Virus record (IMG/VR): IMGVR_UViG_2565956719_000002
Length of the DNA: 64,000 nucleotides
Strand: one strand, 5' to 3'
Source of the DNA: a virus
Taxonomy: Duplodnaviria > Heunggongvirae > Uroviricota > Caudoviricetes
Below the pieces are notes generated by a model. It searched no databases. It saw only the letters and a list, made by a program, of their open reading frames with translations, and was not told the origin of the DNA. Below, one piece after another: positions 40,947 to 51,292 of this stretch. A program made the position numbers and the translations under genes. Each line of letters begins with the position of its first letter. Position 1 is the first letter of the stretch.

Positions 40947-42143
40947 ATGAGTGATTCCAGCCAGCTTCACAAGGTTGCTCAAAGAGCAAACAGAATGCTC
41001 AATGTTCTGACTGAACAAGTACAGTTGCAAAAGGATGAGCTACACGCGAACGAGTTTTACCAGGTCTATGCGAAAGCGGCACTGGCAAAACTGCCTCTAC
41101 TGACTCGAGCGAACGTTGACTATGCCGTAAGTGAAATGGAAGAAAAGGGTTATGTTTTCGATAAACGCCCTGCTGGCTCTTCAATGAAATATGCGATGTC
41201 AATTCAGAACATCATTGACATATATGAACATCGCGGAGTGCCAAAATACCGGGATCGCTACAGCGAAGCGTATGTGATTTTCATCTCCAATCTTAAAGGC
41301 GGTGTGTCTAAAACTGTATCGACGGTTTCTCTGGCGCATGCAATGCGTGCTCACCCTCATCTTCTGATGGAAGATTTAAGGATTCTGGTTATTGACCTTG
41401 ATCCGCAATCTTCAGCAACGATGTTTTTAAGCCATAAACACTCTATTGGTATCGTAAACGCAACATCTGCACAGGCTATGTTGCAGAATGTAAGCCGTGA
41501 AGAGCTGTTAGAGGAGTTTATTGTTCCTTCTGTTGTACCTGGGGTTGACGTTATGCCTGCGTCGATTGACGATGCCTTTATTGCATCCGATTGGAGAGAG
41601 CTGTGCAATGAGCATCTACCGGGTCAGAACATCCATGCTGTCCTGAAAGAAAATGTGATTGATAAGCTGAAGAGCGATTATGACTTTATCCTCGTTGATA
41701 GTGGTCCTCACCTTGACGCCTTCCTGAAAAATGCTTTGGCCTCGGCCAATATACTGTTTACACCTCTGCCGCCAGCAACTGTCGATTTCCACTCATCGCT
41801 TAAATACGTTGCCCGCCTTCCTGAGTTGGTAAAACTCATTTCGGATGAAGGCTGCGAGTGCCAGCTTGCGACTAACATTGGTTTTATGTCCAAGTTGAGT
41901 AACAAGGCAGATCATAAGTATTGCCATAGCCTGGCTAAAGAAGTGTTCGGTGGGGATATGCTCGATGTCGTCCTCCCTCGCCTTGACGGTTTTGAACGTT
42001 GCGGCGAGTCTTTTGACACTGTTATTTCAGCTAACCCGGCAACGTATGTTGGTAGTGCTGATGCATTGAAGAACGCGCGAATTGCCGCGGAAGATTTTGC
42101 TAAAGCAGTTTTTGACCGTATTGAATTTATCAGATCTAACTGA
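40947..42143 (+). CDS. parA: partition ATPase ParA (398 aa)
   Basis: deviant Walker A KGGVSKT; N-terminal HTH extension; length equals P1 ParA. Confidence 0.9.
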   Translation: MSDSSQLHKVAQRANRMLNVLTEQVQLQKDELHANEFYQVYAKAALAKLPLLTRANVDYAVSEMEEKGYVFDKRPAGSSMKYAMSIQNIIDIYEHRGVPKYRDRYSEAYVIFISNLKGGVSKTVSTVSLAHAMRAHPHLLMEDLRILVIDLDPQSSATMFLSHKHSIGIVNATSAQAMLQNVSREELLEEFIVPSVVPGVDVMPASIDDAFIASDWRELCNEHLPGQNIHAVLKENVIDKLKSDYDFILVDSGPHLDAFLKNALASANILFTPLPPATVDFHSSLKYVARLPELVKLISDEGCECQLATNIGFMSKLSNKADHKYCHSLAKEVFGGDMLDVVLPRLDGFERCGESFDTVISANPATYVGSADALKNARIAAEDFAKAVFDRIEFIRSN

Positions 42144-42159
42144 GGAGTAAGAAACCCCC

Positions 42160-43161
42160 ATGTCAAAGAAAAACAGACCAACAATTGGGCGAACCCTTAA
42201 TCCTTCAATATTAAGCGGATTTGATAGTTCTTCAGCCTCTGGCGATCGAGTCGAGCAGGTATTCAAGTTATCAACTGGTCGCCAGGCCACATTTATTGAA
42301 GAGGTAATACCTCCGAACCAGGTAGAAAGCGATACCTTTGTTGATCAGCATAACAACGGGCGTGACCAGGCATCTCTTACGCCAAAATCATTAAAAAGTA
42401 TCCGAAGCACTATTAAGCATCAGCAATTTTACCCTGCAATAGGTGTTAGACGGGCTACAGGGAAAATTGAAATTTTGGATGGTTCCCGGCGTCGAGCTTC
42501 TGCCATCTTAGAGAACGTAGGGTTGCGGGTTTTAGTCACGGACCAGGAGATCAGCGTTCAGGAAGCGCAAAATTTAGCGAAAGACGTTCAGACAGCATTG
42601 CAGCACAGCATTCGAGAAATAGGTCTGCGTTTGATGCGAATGAAAAATGATGGGATGAGTCAGAAGGATATTGCAGCCAAGGAAGGGCTGTCTCAGGCGA
42701 AAGTCACGCGTGCTCTCCAGGCAGCGAGTGCTCCGGAAGAATTAGTCGCCCTTTTCCCTGTGCAGTCGGAATTAACCTTTTCGGACTACAAAACGCTTTG
42801 TGCTGTTGGCGACGAAATGGGGAACAAGAATTTAGAGTTTGATCAGCTTATTCAAAACATATCCCCGGAAATAAACGACATCTTATCCATTGAAGAAATG
42901 GCCGAAGATGAAGTTAAAAATAAAATCCTGCGCTTGATAACAAAGGAAGCCTCACTACTCACGGATAAAGGTTCTAAAGATAAGTCCGTAGTTACTGAAT
43001 TATGGAAATTTGAGGACAAGGATCGCTTTGCAAGGAAGCGCGTGAAAGGCCGTGCATTTTCTTATGAGTTTAATCGACTTTCAAAAGAGCTACAGGAAGA
43101 ACTCGACAGGATGATTGGGCATATCCTTAGAAAGAGCCTCGATAAAAAGCCGAAGCCTTAA
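42160..43161 (+). CDS. parB: partition protein ParB (333 aa)
   Basis: ParB box GSRR; length and position match P1 ParB. Confidence 0.9.
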   Translation: MSKKNRPTIGRTLNPSILSGFDSSSASGDRVEQVFKLSTGRQATFIEEVIPPNQVESDTFVDQHNNGRDQASLTPKSLKSIRSTIKHQQFYPAIGVRRATGKIEILDGSRRRASAILENVGLRVLVTDQEISVQEAQNLAKDVQTALQHSIREIGLRLMRMKNDGMSQKDIAAKEGLSQAKVTRALQAASAPEELVALFPVQSELTFSDYKTLCAVGDEMGNKNLEFDQLIQNISPEINDILSIEEMAEDEVKNKILRLITKEASLLTDKGSKDKSVVTELWKFEDKDRFARKRVKGRAFSYEFNRLSKELQEELDRMIGHILRKSLDKKPKP

Positions 43162-43164
43162 ACT

Positions 43165-43260
43165 TTCGCCATTCAAATTTCACTATTAACCTACTGTTTT
43201 TAAAGTAAATCCATCTAAAATTTCAAGGTGAAATCGCCACGATTTCACCTTGGATTTTAC
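43165..43260 (+). other. parS: parS centromere: box B TCGCCA and box A ATTTCAC motifs flanking an AT-rich core
   Basis: TCGCCATTCAAATTTCAC ... GTGAAATCGCCACGATTTCACC directly downstream of parB. Confidence 0.7.
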
Positions 43261-43365
43261 CTTCCGCCCCTACTCCCGAAAAAAATAAAAAAATTGCTTG
43301 TCACGAGAAAGTCAACAAGTGACTTTCAATAAAATCTCTTCCGAAAAGGGATTCACACAAGTGCC

Positions 43366-45093
43366 TTGTGTTTAAGGAAGAGTAAATTGAGTAACTTACG
43401 CGAATACCAGAATCGTATTGCAGATATCGCAAAACGCTCTAAAGCTGTGCTTGGCTGGGCAAGCACTGCGCAGTTCGGTACTGATAACCAATTCATTAAA
43501 GATGATGCCGCGCGTGCCGCATCTATCCTTGAAGCTGCACGTAAAGACCCGGTTTTTGCGGGTATCTCTGATAATGCCACCGCTCAAATCGCTACAGCGT
43601 GGGCAAGTGCACTGGCTGACTACGCCGCAGCACATAAATCTATGCCGCGTCCGGAAATTCTGGCCTCCTGCCACCAGACGCTGGAAAACTGCCTGATTGA
43701 GTCCACCCGCAATAGCATGGATGCCACTAATAAAGCGATGCTGGAATCCGTCGCAGCAGAGATGATGAGCGTTTCTGACGGTGTTATGCGTCTGCCTTTA
43801 TTCCTCGCGATGATCCTGCCTGTTCAGTTGGGGGCAGCTACCGCTGATGCGTGTACCTTCATTCCGGTTACGCGTGACCAGTCCGACATCTATGAAGTCT
43901 TTAACGTGGCAGGTTCATCTTTTGGTTCTTATGCTGCTGGTGATGTTCTGGACATGCAATCCGTCGGTGTGTACAGCCAGTTACGCCGCCGCTATGTGCT
44001 GGTGGCAAGCTCCGATGGCACCAGCAAAACCGCAACCTTCAAGATGGAAGACTTCGAAGGCCAGAATGTACCAATCCGAAAAGGTCGCACTAATATCTAC
44101 GTTAACCGTATTAAGTCTGTTGTTGATAACGGTTCCGGCAGCCTACTTCACTCGTTTACTAATGCTGCTGGTGAGCAAATCACTGTTACCTGCTCTCTGA
44201 ACTACAACATTGGTCAGATTGCCCTGTCGTTCTCCAAAGCGCCGGATAAAGGCACTGAGATCGCAATTGAGACGGAAATCAATATTGAAGCCGCTCCTGA
44301 GCTGATCCCGCTGATCAACCACGAAATGAAGAAATACACCCTGTTCCCAAGCCAGTTCGTTATCGCGGCTGAGCACACGGTACAGGCGGCGTATGAAGCA
44401 CAGCGTGAATTTGGTCTGGACCTGGGTTCCCTACAGTTCCGCACCCTGAAGGAATACCTGTCTCATGAACAGGATATGCTGCGTCTTCGCATCATGATCT
44501 GGCGTACTCTTGCGACCGACACCTTTGACATCGCTCTGCCGGTTAACCAGTCCTTTGATGTATGGGCAACCATCATTCGTGGCAAATTCCAGACTGTATA
44601 TCGCGACATTATTGAGCGCGTTAAATCTTCTGGTGCGATGGGGATGTTTGCTGGTGCTGATGCAGCATCTTTCTTCAAACAGTTGCCGAAGGATTTCTTC
44701 CAGCCAGCCGAAGACTATATCCAGACTCCGTATGTTCACTACATCGGTACCCTGTTCGGTAACGTGAAAGTGTACGAAGTACCTGCTGGTATTTGTAAGA
44801 ACTTAACGACAGAGAACATTCAGTTCAGCTCGATGGATGTGCTGTGCTACGTCCGTGATGAAAATCCGGGTAAAGCAGGCTTCGTGACTGGTGATGCTGT
44901 CCCGGCCATCCCGTTCCAGCATCCGACCACTCCGGCGCTGGTCAACCGTACCACGCTGTGGGGTTCGGCTATCAACGATATGCACCCACGCAACGGCGCT
45001 GATTACTTCACTCGTGTAACGCTGACAATGGCCAAAAAAGGCGGGCTTAACTTCATAAGCGGCGACACGATTGATGCCGGTGACTCTGAGTAA
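43366..45093 (+). CDS. putative major head protein (P1 gp23-like); start may be TTG at 43387
   Basis: 575-aa ORF first after parS, upstream of tail sheath; assignment by synteny and size only. Confidence 0.4.
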   Translation: MCLRKSKLSNLREYQNRIADIAKRSKAVLGWASTAQFGTDNQFIKDDAARAASILEAARKDPVFAGISDNATAQIATAWASALADYAAAHKSMPRPEILASCHQTLENCLIESTRNSMDATNKAMLESVAAEMMSVSDGVMRLPLFLAMILPVQLGAATADACTFIPVTRDQSDIYEVFNVAGSSFGSYAAGDVLDMQSVGVYSQLRRRYVLVASSDGTSKTATFKMEDFEGQNVPIRKGRTNIYVNRIKSVVDNGSGSLLHSFTNAAGEQITVTCSLNYNIGQIALSFSKAPDKGTEIAIETEINIEAAPELIPLINHEMKKYTLFPSQFVIAAEHTVQAAYEAQREFGLDLGSLQFRTLKEYLSHEQDMLRLRIMIWRTLATDTFDIALPVNQSFDVWATIIRGKFQTVYRDIIERVKSSGAMGMFAGADAASFFKQLPKDFFQPAEDYIQTPYVHYIGTLFGNVKVYEVPAGICKNLTTENIQFSSMDVLCYVRDENPGKAGFVTGDAVPAIPFQHPTTPALVNRTTLWGSAINDMHPRNGADYFTRVTLTMAKKGGLNFISGDTIDAGDSE

Positions 45094-45153
45094 TCAGGGG
45101 AAGTTCTCCGTTTAACATAGCGCCCCCGTGCGGGGCGCATAACAGGGAAAGTT

Positions 45154-46743
45154 ATGTCTCAATATTCAATTCAACAGTCATTAGGTAATGCATCCGGCGT
45201 CGCGGTTAGCCCGATCAATGCCGATGCGACGTTATCTACCGGTGTTGCATTAAATAGCAGCTTGTGGGCTGGTATTGGCGTATTTGCGCGTGGCAAGCCG
45301 TTTACTGTTCTGGCGGTTACTGAGTCCAATTACGAAGATGTTCTCGGCGAACCGCTGAAGCCGTCTTCCGGCTCACAGTTCGAACCAATTCGTCATGTGT
45401 ACGAAGCTATTCAGCAAACGTCTGGTTATGTTGTTCGTGCTGTTCCGGATGATGCGAAGTTCCCGATTATTATGTTCGATGAATCAGGCGAACCGGCTTA
45501 CAGTGCGTTGCCATACGGTTCTGAAATTGAACTTGATAGTGGCGAAGCCTTTGCTATCTACGTTGATGATGGTGATCCGTGTATTTCACCTACCCGTGAG
45601 TTAACCATCGAAACGGCAACAGCGGATAGCGCGGGTAATGAACGCTTCCTCTTAAAACTGACCCAGACGACTTCGCTCGGCGTGGTAACGACCCTGGAGA
45701 CACACACTGTATCTTTGGCGGAAGAAGCGAAAGATGACATGGGCCGCTTGTGTTATCTGCCTACGGCTCTGGAAGCCCGTTCTAAATATCTGCGCGCGGT
45801 TGTTAATGAAGAGCTGATTTCGACGGCGAAAGTAACAAATAAAAAATCGCTGGCGTTCACTGGTGGTACCAACGGTGATCAGTCGAAAATCTCAACCGCT
45901 GCGTACCTACGTGCGGTTAAAGTGCTGAATAATGCGCCGTACATGTACACCGCTGTTCTTGGCCTGGGCTGCTATGACAATGCGGCTATCACCGCATTAG
46001 GTAAAATCTGTGCAGATCGCCTGATTGATGGCTTCTTTGATGTCAAACCGACATTGACGTACACGGAAGCGATCTCTGCTGTTGAAGATACCGGTTTACT
46101 TGGTACCGATTATGTAAGCTGTGCTGTCTATCACTTCCCGTTCTCCTGCAAAGACAAATGGACCCAATCCCGTGTGGTCTTCGGTCTGTCTGGCGCGGCG
46201 TATGCGGCGAAAGCTCGCGGCGTCAAGAAAAACTCTGATGTCGGCGGTTGGCATTACTCACCGGCTGGTGAAGAACGTGCCGTCATTGCTCGTGCGTCAA
46301 TTCAACCGCTGTATCCGGAAGATACCCCGGACGAAGAAGCAATGGTCAAGGGCCGTCTCAATAAAGTATCTGTTGGCACCTCTGGCCAGATGATCATCGA
46401 CGATGCTTTAACTTGCTGCACGCAGGATAACTATCTGCACTTCCAGCACGTCCCATCCCTGATGAATGCAATCAGCCGTTTCTTTGTCCAGTTAGCCCGA
46501 CAGATGAAGCATAGCCCGGACGGTATTACTGCGGCTGGCCTGACTAAAGGGATGACCAAACTTTTAGATCGCTTTGTCGCCTCCGGCGCTCTGGTGGCTC
46601 CTCGTGATCCTGATGCTGACGGTACAGAACCGTATGTGCTGAAAGTTACGCAGGCGGAATTCGATAAATGGGAAGTAGTCTGGGCCTGCTGCCCGACTGG
46701 CGTAGCCCGTCGTATCCAGGGCGTACCGCTGCTTATTAAGTAA
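45154..46743 (+). CDS. tail sheath protein
   Basis: 529 aa; sheath-like FTGGTNGDQ...AAYLRAVKVLN...LGLGCYDNAAI motifs. Confidence 0.6.
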   Translation: MSQYSIQQSLGNASGVAVSPINADATLSTGVALNSSLWAGIGVFARGKPFTVLAVTESNYEDVLGEPLKPSSGSQFEPIRHVYEAIQQTSGYVVRAVPDDAKFPIIMFDESGEPAYSALPYGSEIELDSGEAFAIYVDDGDPCISPTRELTIETATADSAGNERFLLKLTQTTSLGVVTTLETHTVSLAEEAKDDMGRLCYLPTALEARSKYLRAVVNEELISTAKVTNKKSLAFTGGTNGDQSKISTAAYLRAVKVLNNAPYMYTAVLGLGCYDNAAITALGKICADRLIDGFFDVKPTLTYTEAISAVEDTGLLGTDYVSCAVYHFPFSCKDKWTQSRVVFGLSGAAYAAKARGVKKNSDVGGWHYSPAGEERAVIARASIQPLYPEDTPDEEAMVKGRLNKVSVGTSGQMIIDDALTCCTQDNYLHFQHVPSLMNAISRFFVQLARQMKHSPDGITAAGLTKGMTKLLDRFVASGALVAPRDPDADGTEPYVLKVTQAEFDKWEVVWACCPTGVARRIQGVPLLIK

Positions 46744-46752
46744 GGGAATACA

Positions 46753-47565
46753 ATGAGCAAAAACTTTTTTCAATCCGGGGCATTTTTGGGGAATGGACTG
46801 TCCCGTTTCGCTTTGAACTCTGATCCTGTGCAGCTGATGGAGTCTGCCCGAGCAAGCGCCGAACCGCCAACAGATCCGGTTATTAATAATCCGGAACCGG
46901 CGGCACAGACTAACGATAACGTTCCATCTGCCCCGGCTCCTGAGCAAATCCTGGAAGGGAAAGACGGTAAAGAATGGACCGTCGAACAGGCGCACCAGAT
47001 GATTCTGGAAGCTGCAAATCGAAGTGCTATGCAGAATGCGTTGAGTGATGCGGCCGACGCCGTTTTCGCCTGGGCTGATAGCGGTGATCTGACTTTCGAC
47101 TCCCTTGATGGTTTCGTTCAGGCTATCGCTGGTATCTCTGATGACGACGACGCCGAAGTTACAGAAGAACAGGACGATGCCTATAACGAAGCATGGGCAA
47201 ATGTTGCTGACTTCCTCGCAGCATGCGGTGTAGATGATGACCTGATCGAAGCACTGGCTGACGATGAAGACGACGACGCAGCCGCTGATGTTGGTGCCTC
47301 TATCGCTGGTTTAGATAGCGACGACCGTGACGAACTGGAAGCGGCGTTTGTTGTAGCTGGCACTTCTGATGAAATGCTGACTGAAGCATTTAAGAAGGTT
47401 GTTCGTAACGGTGAGATCAAACTCATCCGTAAACGCCTGCGTAAAAAACGTCTGACTGCGGCTCAAAAATCGGCGCTGAAAAAAGCGCGTCGAAAAGCCC
47501 AGACCGGCGCGGCAAAACTTGCCCGCAAAAAGTCAATGAAACTGCGCCGTAAGCGCCTTGGCTAA
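46753..47565 (+). CDS. hypothetical protein: acidic body, basic Lys/Arg-rich C-terminus
   Basis: strong composition bias; within tail cluster. Confidence 0.4.
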   Translation: MSKNFFQSGAFLGNGLSRFALNSDPVQLMESARASAEPPTDPVINNPEPAAQTNDNVPSAPAPEQILEGKDGKEWTVEQAHQMILEAANRSAMQNALSDAADAVFAWADSGDLTFDSLDGFVQAIAGISDDDDAEVTEEQDDAYNEAWANVADFLAACGVDDDLIEALADDEDDDAAADVGASIAGLDSDDRDELEAAFVVAGTSDEMLTEAFKKVVRNGEIKLIRKRLRKKRLTAAQKSALKKARRKAQTGAAKLARKKSMKLRRKRLG

Positions 47566-47600
47566 AGGAGGAGGCCGGAGAACTCCGGCCTTTAACTTGA

Positions 47601-48182
47601 ATGGCACCTATACCTTATGGGGTTTACAGCCAGGCTGACGGTGTATCGCCATTTCTGAAAGTTACTTTAACGAACTCTCAGTACCAGGTTACCGGATATA
47701 TCAGCCAGGGGGCAGCAATGAATATGGCCCAGAATTGGGAAGCGCCGTTTACCGGTATGTCCATGGGGTCTGTTGCTGGTGCTTTCAGTGGTTTTGCGCA
47801 GGTTGGTACTGAAACAACGTCGGTGGCCCGTTGGAACAGCTTAATGGTTTGGGAGGGGGGAACACCGCCGACTTTCACGCTGCCAGTAACTTTCATCGCT
47901 TTGTTTGACCCATTCACGGAGGTTTCAGGAGCTATCGCCGCATTGTCAGCGATGATTAGCCCGGAACTTAAAGATGCCAGTATTGGTGGTCGAATCCCGG
48001 AGCGTGTGACGCTAAACATTGGTCGCCGGATCAACATCATTGATGTCGCTATCCAGGACATAAGTTTCGATCTCGATGCGCCCAGGGACAGCAATGGGCA
48101 TTTCCTGAAAAACACCGTCAACCTCCAGTTGACCGGTTCTTCGATATATAACAGCTCCGATATTGTTCGGGCGTTCCAGTAA
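47601..48182 (+). CDS. putative tail tube/structural protein (193 aa)
   Basis: position downstream of sheath. Confidence 0.35.
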   Translation: MAPIPYGVYSQADGVSPFLKVTLTNSQYQVTGYISQGAAMNMAQNWEAPFTGMSMGSVAGAFSGFAQVGTETTSVARWNSLMVWEGGTPPTFTLPVTFIALFDPFTEVSGAIAALSAMISPELKDASIGGRIPERVTLNIGRRINIIDVAIQDISFDLDAPRDSNGHFLKNTVNLQLTGSSIYNSSDIVRAFQ

Positions 48183-48193
48183 AAGGATTTTAT

Positions 48194-48703
48194 ATGGGGC
48201 ACAATAACACTAAGGGAAACCGTAAATTTATTAAGGGCCGCTATACTGCCAACGCGGCCAAAGGCGAACGACTGGTATCTTCTGAATTCCAGCTCACTTT
48301 TGCAGGCCATGAAGATATCAGCGTACTGGTTCGCACGTCGCAAATTCCTGAAATGACCCGCGAGGATGTGGAGGACTATGGTCCGAATGGTGTGAAGTTC
48401 AACCAGCACGGACCAATTCGAAACTCTGGGGAAATCCAGGTCCAGTGCGTGGAGACTATCGAAGGCGATATTCTTCAGTTCATCAAGGATCGCATTGCGG
48501 CGAAGGACTATGTTGATATCACGATGGCTGCTACCCCTGAATCCAAATCTTCCGGGGTTAACGCTGTAACAAAAGCTGCTACAACAATTGAAATGTTGGA
48601 CTGCAAAATCTACAGTGATGCAATCGACTTTAGTACCGAAGATGTGACTGCCGCTGTGCGCCCGTCACTTCGTATCGTCTACAACTGGATTGAGTGGGAT
48701 TAA
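48194..48703 (+). CDS. putative tail tube/structural protein (169 aa)
   Basis: size and position typical of tube proteins. Confidence 0.35.
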   Translation: MGHNNTKGNRKFIKGRYTANAAKGERLVSSEFQLTFAGHEDISVLVRTSQIPEMTREDVEDYGPNGVKFNQHGPIRNSGEIQVQCVETIEGDILQFIKDRIAAKDYVDITMAATPESKSSGVNAVTKAATTIEMLDCKIYSDAIDFSTEDVTAAVRPSLRIVYNWIEWD

Positions 48704-48721
48704 GAGTCATCCCTTGTATTT

Positions 48722-48750
48722 TAAAGCTCCTTCGGGAGCTTTTTTATTTG
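48722..48750 (+). terminator. rho-independent terminator AAAGCTCC-TTCG-GGAGCTTT plus TTTTTATTT
   Basis: 8-bp stem, tetraloop, T-run after the tail operon. Confidence 0.8.
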
Positions 48751-48819
48751 GAGATGAAAGGGTGCATTGAGGATACCTGACACACTAAGAGTGGCGGAGA
48801 TCTCTCCCCGCCAGGTCTC

Positions 48820-48975
48820 TTACCTTTCAGATTCGTAGGCTGTGAAGACAGTGACCTCCGTCTGGCCGGTTCGGATTCGTACCTCGCAGAGGTCTTTCCT
48901 CGTTACCAGTGCCGTCACAATGACGGTTAAACAGATGACGATCAGAGCGATTAACATCGCTTTTTGCTGCTTCAT
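48820..48975 (-). CDS. hok: Hok/Gef-family type I toxin (51 aa)
   Basis: MKQQKAMLIALIVICLTVIVTALVTRKDLCEVRIRTGQTEVTVFTAYESER resembles Hok; AAGGAG RBS; not in the ORF track (below 60 aa). Confidence 0.8.
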   Translation of the reverse strand: MKQQKAMLIALIVICLTVIVTALVTRKDLCEVRIRTGQTEVTVFTAYESER

Positions 48976-49033
48976 AGCCTGCTTCTCCTTGACCTTTTGG
49001 TCGGTAAGAGGCTAATCTACGTATGCTAAGCAT
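48827..49033 (-). CDS. mok: Mok-like overlapping reading frame (68 aa)
   Basis: ORF starts upstream of hok and overlaps it in another frame, as in hok/mok/sok loci. Confidence 0.4.
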   Translation of the reverse strand: MLSIRRLASYRPKGQGEAGYEAAKSDVNRSDRHLFNRHCDGTGNEERPLRGTNPNRPDGGHCLHSLRI

Positions 49034-49060
49034 AGATATGGCCTCAGATTAATGTTAAGC
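48990..49060 (+). ncRNA. sok: predicted Sok-like antisense RNA (approximate)
   Basis: inferred from hok/mok architecture only; no sequence evidence inspected. Confidence 0.25.
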
Positions 49061-49156
49061 GTCTTGCAGGACGCGTAATGTTATCTGGGGCTTTCTTCTA
49101 TCTGCTTTTCGGGTAATGCCTGAAGCAGATAGCCTCAAGCACCCGCAACGATTGTA

Positions 49157-49402
49157 TCAATGTCTGGCTTTTTTTCTATAGAAATCACCTGGAAGGGTGA
49201 ATATCCACATCAGAAGAAATGTTGCAGCAAACATGATCCCTAATGGCCAGACCGCGCCAAAGAAAATCCATACTAAGATCTCCTCTGCTTGTTCTTTGCG
49301 GTCGATATCGACAAGCATTTTTCGGCTGAACATGTATACACAGAAGCCAATACAAACATATCCTGCAAAAGCGATCGCTAACTGTAAAAAATCAGATTGC
49401 AT
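49157..49402 (-). CDS. small membrane protein (81 aa from MQSDFLQ)
   Basis: two TM helices; GAGGTCGGAG RBS; longer ORF 49157-49483 overlaps repL. Confidence 0.4.
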   Translation of the reverse strand: MQSDFLQLAIAFAGYVCIGFCVYMFSRKMLVDIDRKEQAEEILVWIFFGAVWPLGIMFAATFLLMWIFTLPGDFYRKKARH

Positions 49403-49433
49403 CTCCGACCTCAAACTGAAAACGCCAGGTGAC

Positions 49434-49450
49434 TCCAGATTAGAGCAATC
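49434..49450 (-). promoter_or_regulatory. weak C1 operator-like half-site (ATTGCTCTAATCTGGAG, 12/17)
   Basis: partial motif upstream of the small membrane protein gene. Confidence 0.25.
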
Positions 49451-49452
49451 TA

Positions 49453-50298
49453 TCACCCTCTGAATCCTGCCGGTATACCCCATTGTTCGTTATCTTTATT
49501 TTTGGCTAAAACCGCATTAAGAGCTTCGTTTACCGTCATGCAATGCGGCAGATTATCGAAGTTTGATACCCCGCCAATATCAGGAGAACGCTTGTTCTTC
49601 AGGTAAGCATATTTCCGCGCTGCCGCCTCTACCTTCTGCTTGAACTCATGTTTTTGAGCGCGTTTTTTGGATAACCGCAGATTGTCAGCCTTTGCTTTTG
49701 CCTCAGCGATCCATGAAGTCAATTTTTTGAGTCTGGTCGTTCCGGCACCGCCGGAAACTGATCTTTTTGTTTTTTTAACTTGTGACTTCTTATTCTTTAT
49801 TGCCACGTCATCCTGACAGGGGGAGGGGGTATCATTTTGACATGGGGGTGTGGATAAAAAATTAAATAAAGCCAATGTCTTAGCGAGAACAGCTTTAACC
49901 TTGGTTGCCGCTGAAGAGATCTTTAATTTGCTTTCAATCAGCGCATTTTTGGCTTGTTGTGCGAAGGCCAAAAAGGATGGTGTAAACCGGTACAGGTTAG
50001 CGCGACGTTCACGGTGATCGCCGATAACAATCTCTACAGACAGAATTCCTTTGTTTACAGCTTCACGGAATGCACGAACGACGGTTGATTGGCTATAACC
50101 AGTTTCTGCCGCGATCAGGCGGTGAGGCTTGTGAATGAAGTATTCACTGGTTGTTGCCGCGAGATTTGCACATTGCGACAGGATATGCCCGGCGCTACGG
50201 GATAGACCGGAGTGTGTTACAAAGCAGGCCAATTCATAGCCAGAAAAAGTAAAATCGCTCATCGTTATACAGCTCAGGAAAGTGACTTTAGCCAGCAT
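49453..50298 (-). CDS. repL: lytic replication protein RepL (281 aa)
   Basis: length and position downstream of kilA match P1 RepL; HTH-like segment. Confidence 0.8.
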   Translation of the reverse strand: MLAKVTFLSCITMSDFTFSGYELACFVTHSGLSRSAGHILSQCANLAATTSEYFIHKPHRLIAAETGYSQSTVVRAFREAVNKGILSVEIVIGDHRERRANLYRFTPSFLAFAQQAKNALIESKLKISSAATKVKAVLAKTLALFNFLSTPPCQNDTPSPCQDDVAIKNKKSQVKKTKRSVSGGAGTTRLKKLTSWIAEAKAKADNLRLSKKRAQKHEFKQKVEAAARKYAYLKNKRSPDIGGVSNFDNLPHCMTVNEALNAVLAKNKDNEQWGIPAGFRG

Positions 50299-50327
50299 TA
50301 CAATGCTGGTGGTTCTTACTACGTCTG

Positions 50328-51128
50328 TTAGCGCTTAGCCGCGACAGGTACCAGCACACCAGCATCAAGCAATCGCTTCATCAGCCACTGCTGACCTTTG
50401 CCGGTTATACGAGTCGTGAAAGAAATCCTGCTTCCATTGCTTGTATCGATCACGGTTTCTTTGAGGGTGAAGTACCCACGGGATATGTATTCTTGTTTGG
50501 GGACGTTCCTGCGTTCACCGGTTGCGATCAGAATTCCGTTATCACGCAACCAGGTGAAGAGATAGTTTTGGCCCAGGCCGAGCACTTTGGCATAGTTGCC
50601 GATTAGAACCCCGCTGGCGGTAGCAACGCGTTCGGCGAATTCGACTTTAGGTGCATCCATAAGCATTTTTTGCTCCAGCCGTTGCTTTTGCTCTGCCAGG
50701 TCGGCAGCCAAACGGAGAGCTTCAGGGAGACTCTGCGGAATAGCAGGTTGTAATCTTCCGGCTCGATAGTCGATAAATGTCTGGTTTACCTTCAGCCGAA
50801 ACGCGGGAGAAATCCAGCCTGCGTACTCCACAGCGAGCAATTCATGGGCAAAAGTGCCGCCGCCACGGCCTTCGAACGAAACTATGCAATTCTGCATAGT
50901 TTCTTTTTCAAGCTCTTCGATGAGCTGTTTGGCTGACAGCGTTCTTAGCCATTGAGCTGGCGCTTTATGGGCACCGAGTCCGCTCGCTCTGTGTAGAGCA
51001 TTAAGGTTGTAACGGCCAGCGCGGTCGGTCGTAATTTCAACACCACAAATAACAGGCAGAGTGGTTGAAGGATCGACATTTTGATGAAGGTTTGATATAT
51101 TCATATCCGCATTGAATGTTTGTTGCAT
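50328..51128 (-). CDS. kilA: KilA (KilA-N plus KilAC domains, 266 aa)
   Basis: C-terminal region paralogous to the Ant KilAC domains; 266 aa as in P1 KilA. Confidence 0.8.
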   Translation of the reverse strand: MQQTFNADMNISNLHQNVDPSTTLPVICGVEITTDRAGRYNLNALHRASGLGAHKAPAQWLRTLSAKQLIEELEKETMQNCIVSFEGRGGGTFAHELLAVEYAGWISPAFRLKVNQTFIDYRAGRLQPAIPQSLPEALRLAADLAEQKQRLEQKMLMDAPKVEFAERVATASGVLIGNYAKVLGLGQNYLFTWLRDNGILIATGERRNVPKQEYISRGYFTLKETVIDTSNGSRISFTTRITGKGQQWLMKRLLDAGVLVPVAAKR

Positions 51129-51196
51129 TTTTTCTCCAAATTTGCATCAACCTTCAATCACCAGCTCGAAATGGTGATTCTTTGCACTTAGAAAAC

Positions 51197-51213
51197 GAAA
51201 TTTATTAGAGCAA
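51197..51213 (-). promoter_or_regulatory. C1 operator-like site (TTTGCTCTAATAAATTT, 16/17) upstream of kilA-repL
   Basis: motif match 70 bp upstream of kilA. Confidence 0.6.
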
Positions 51214-51292
51214 ATTTTTCTAACTCGATCCAGATCGGGTTGGTCGATCTGCTCAGAAACCTGCCAGTTTGCTGGCAGGTTTTTTTCTTTTG

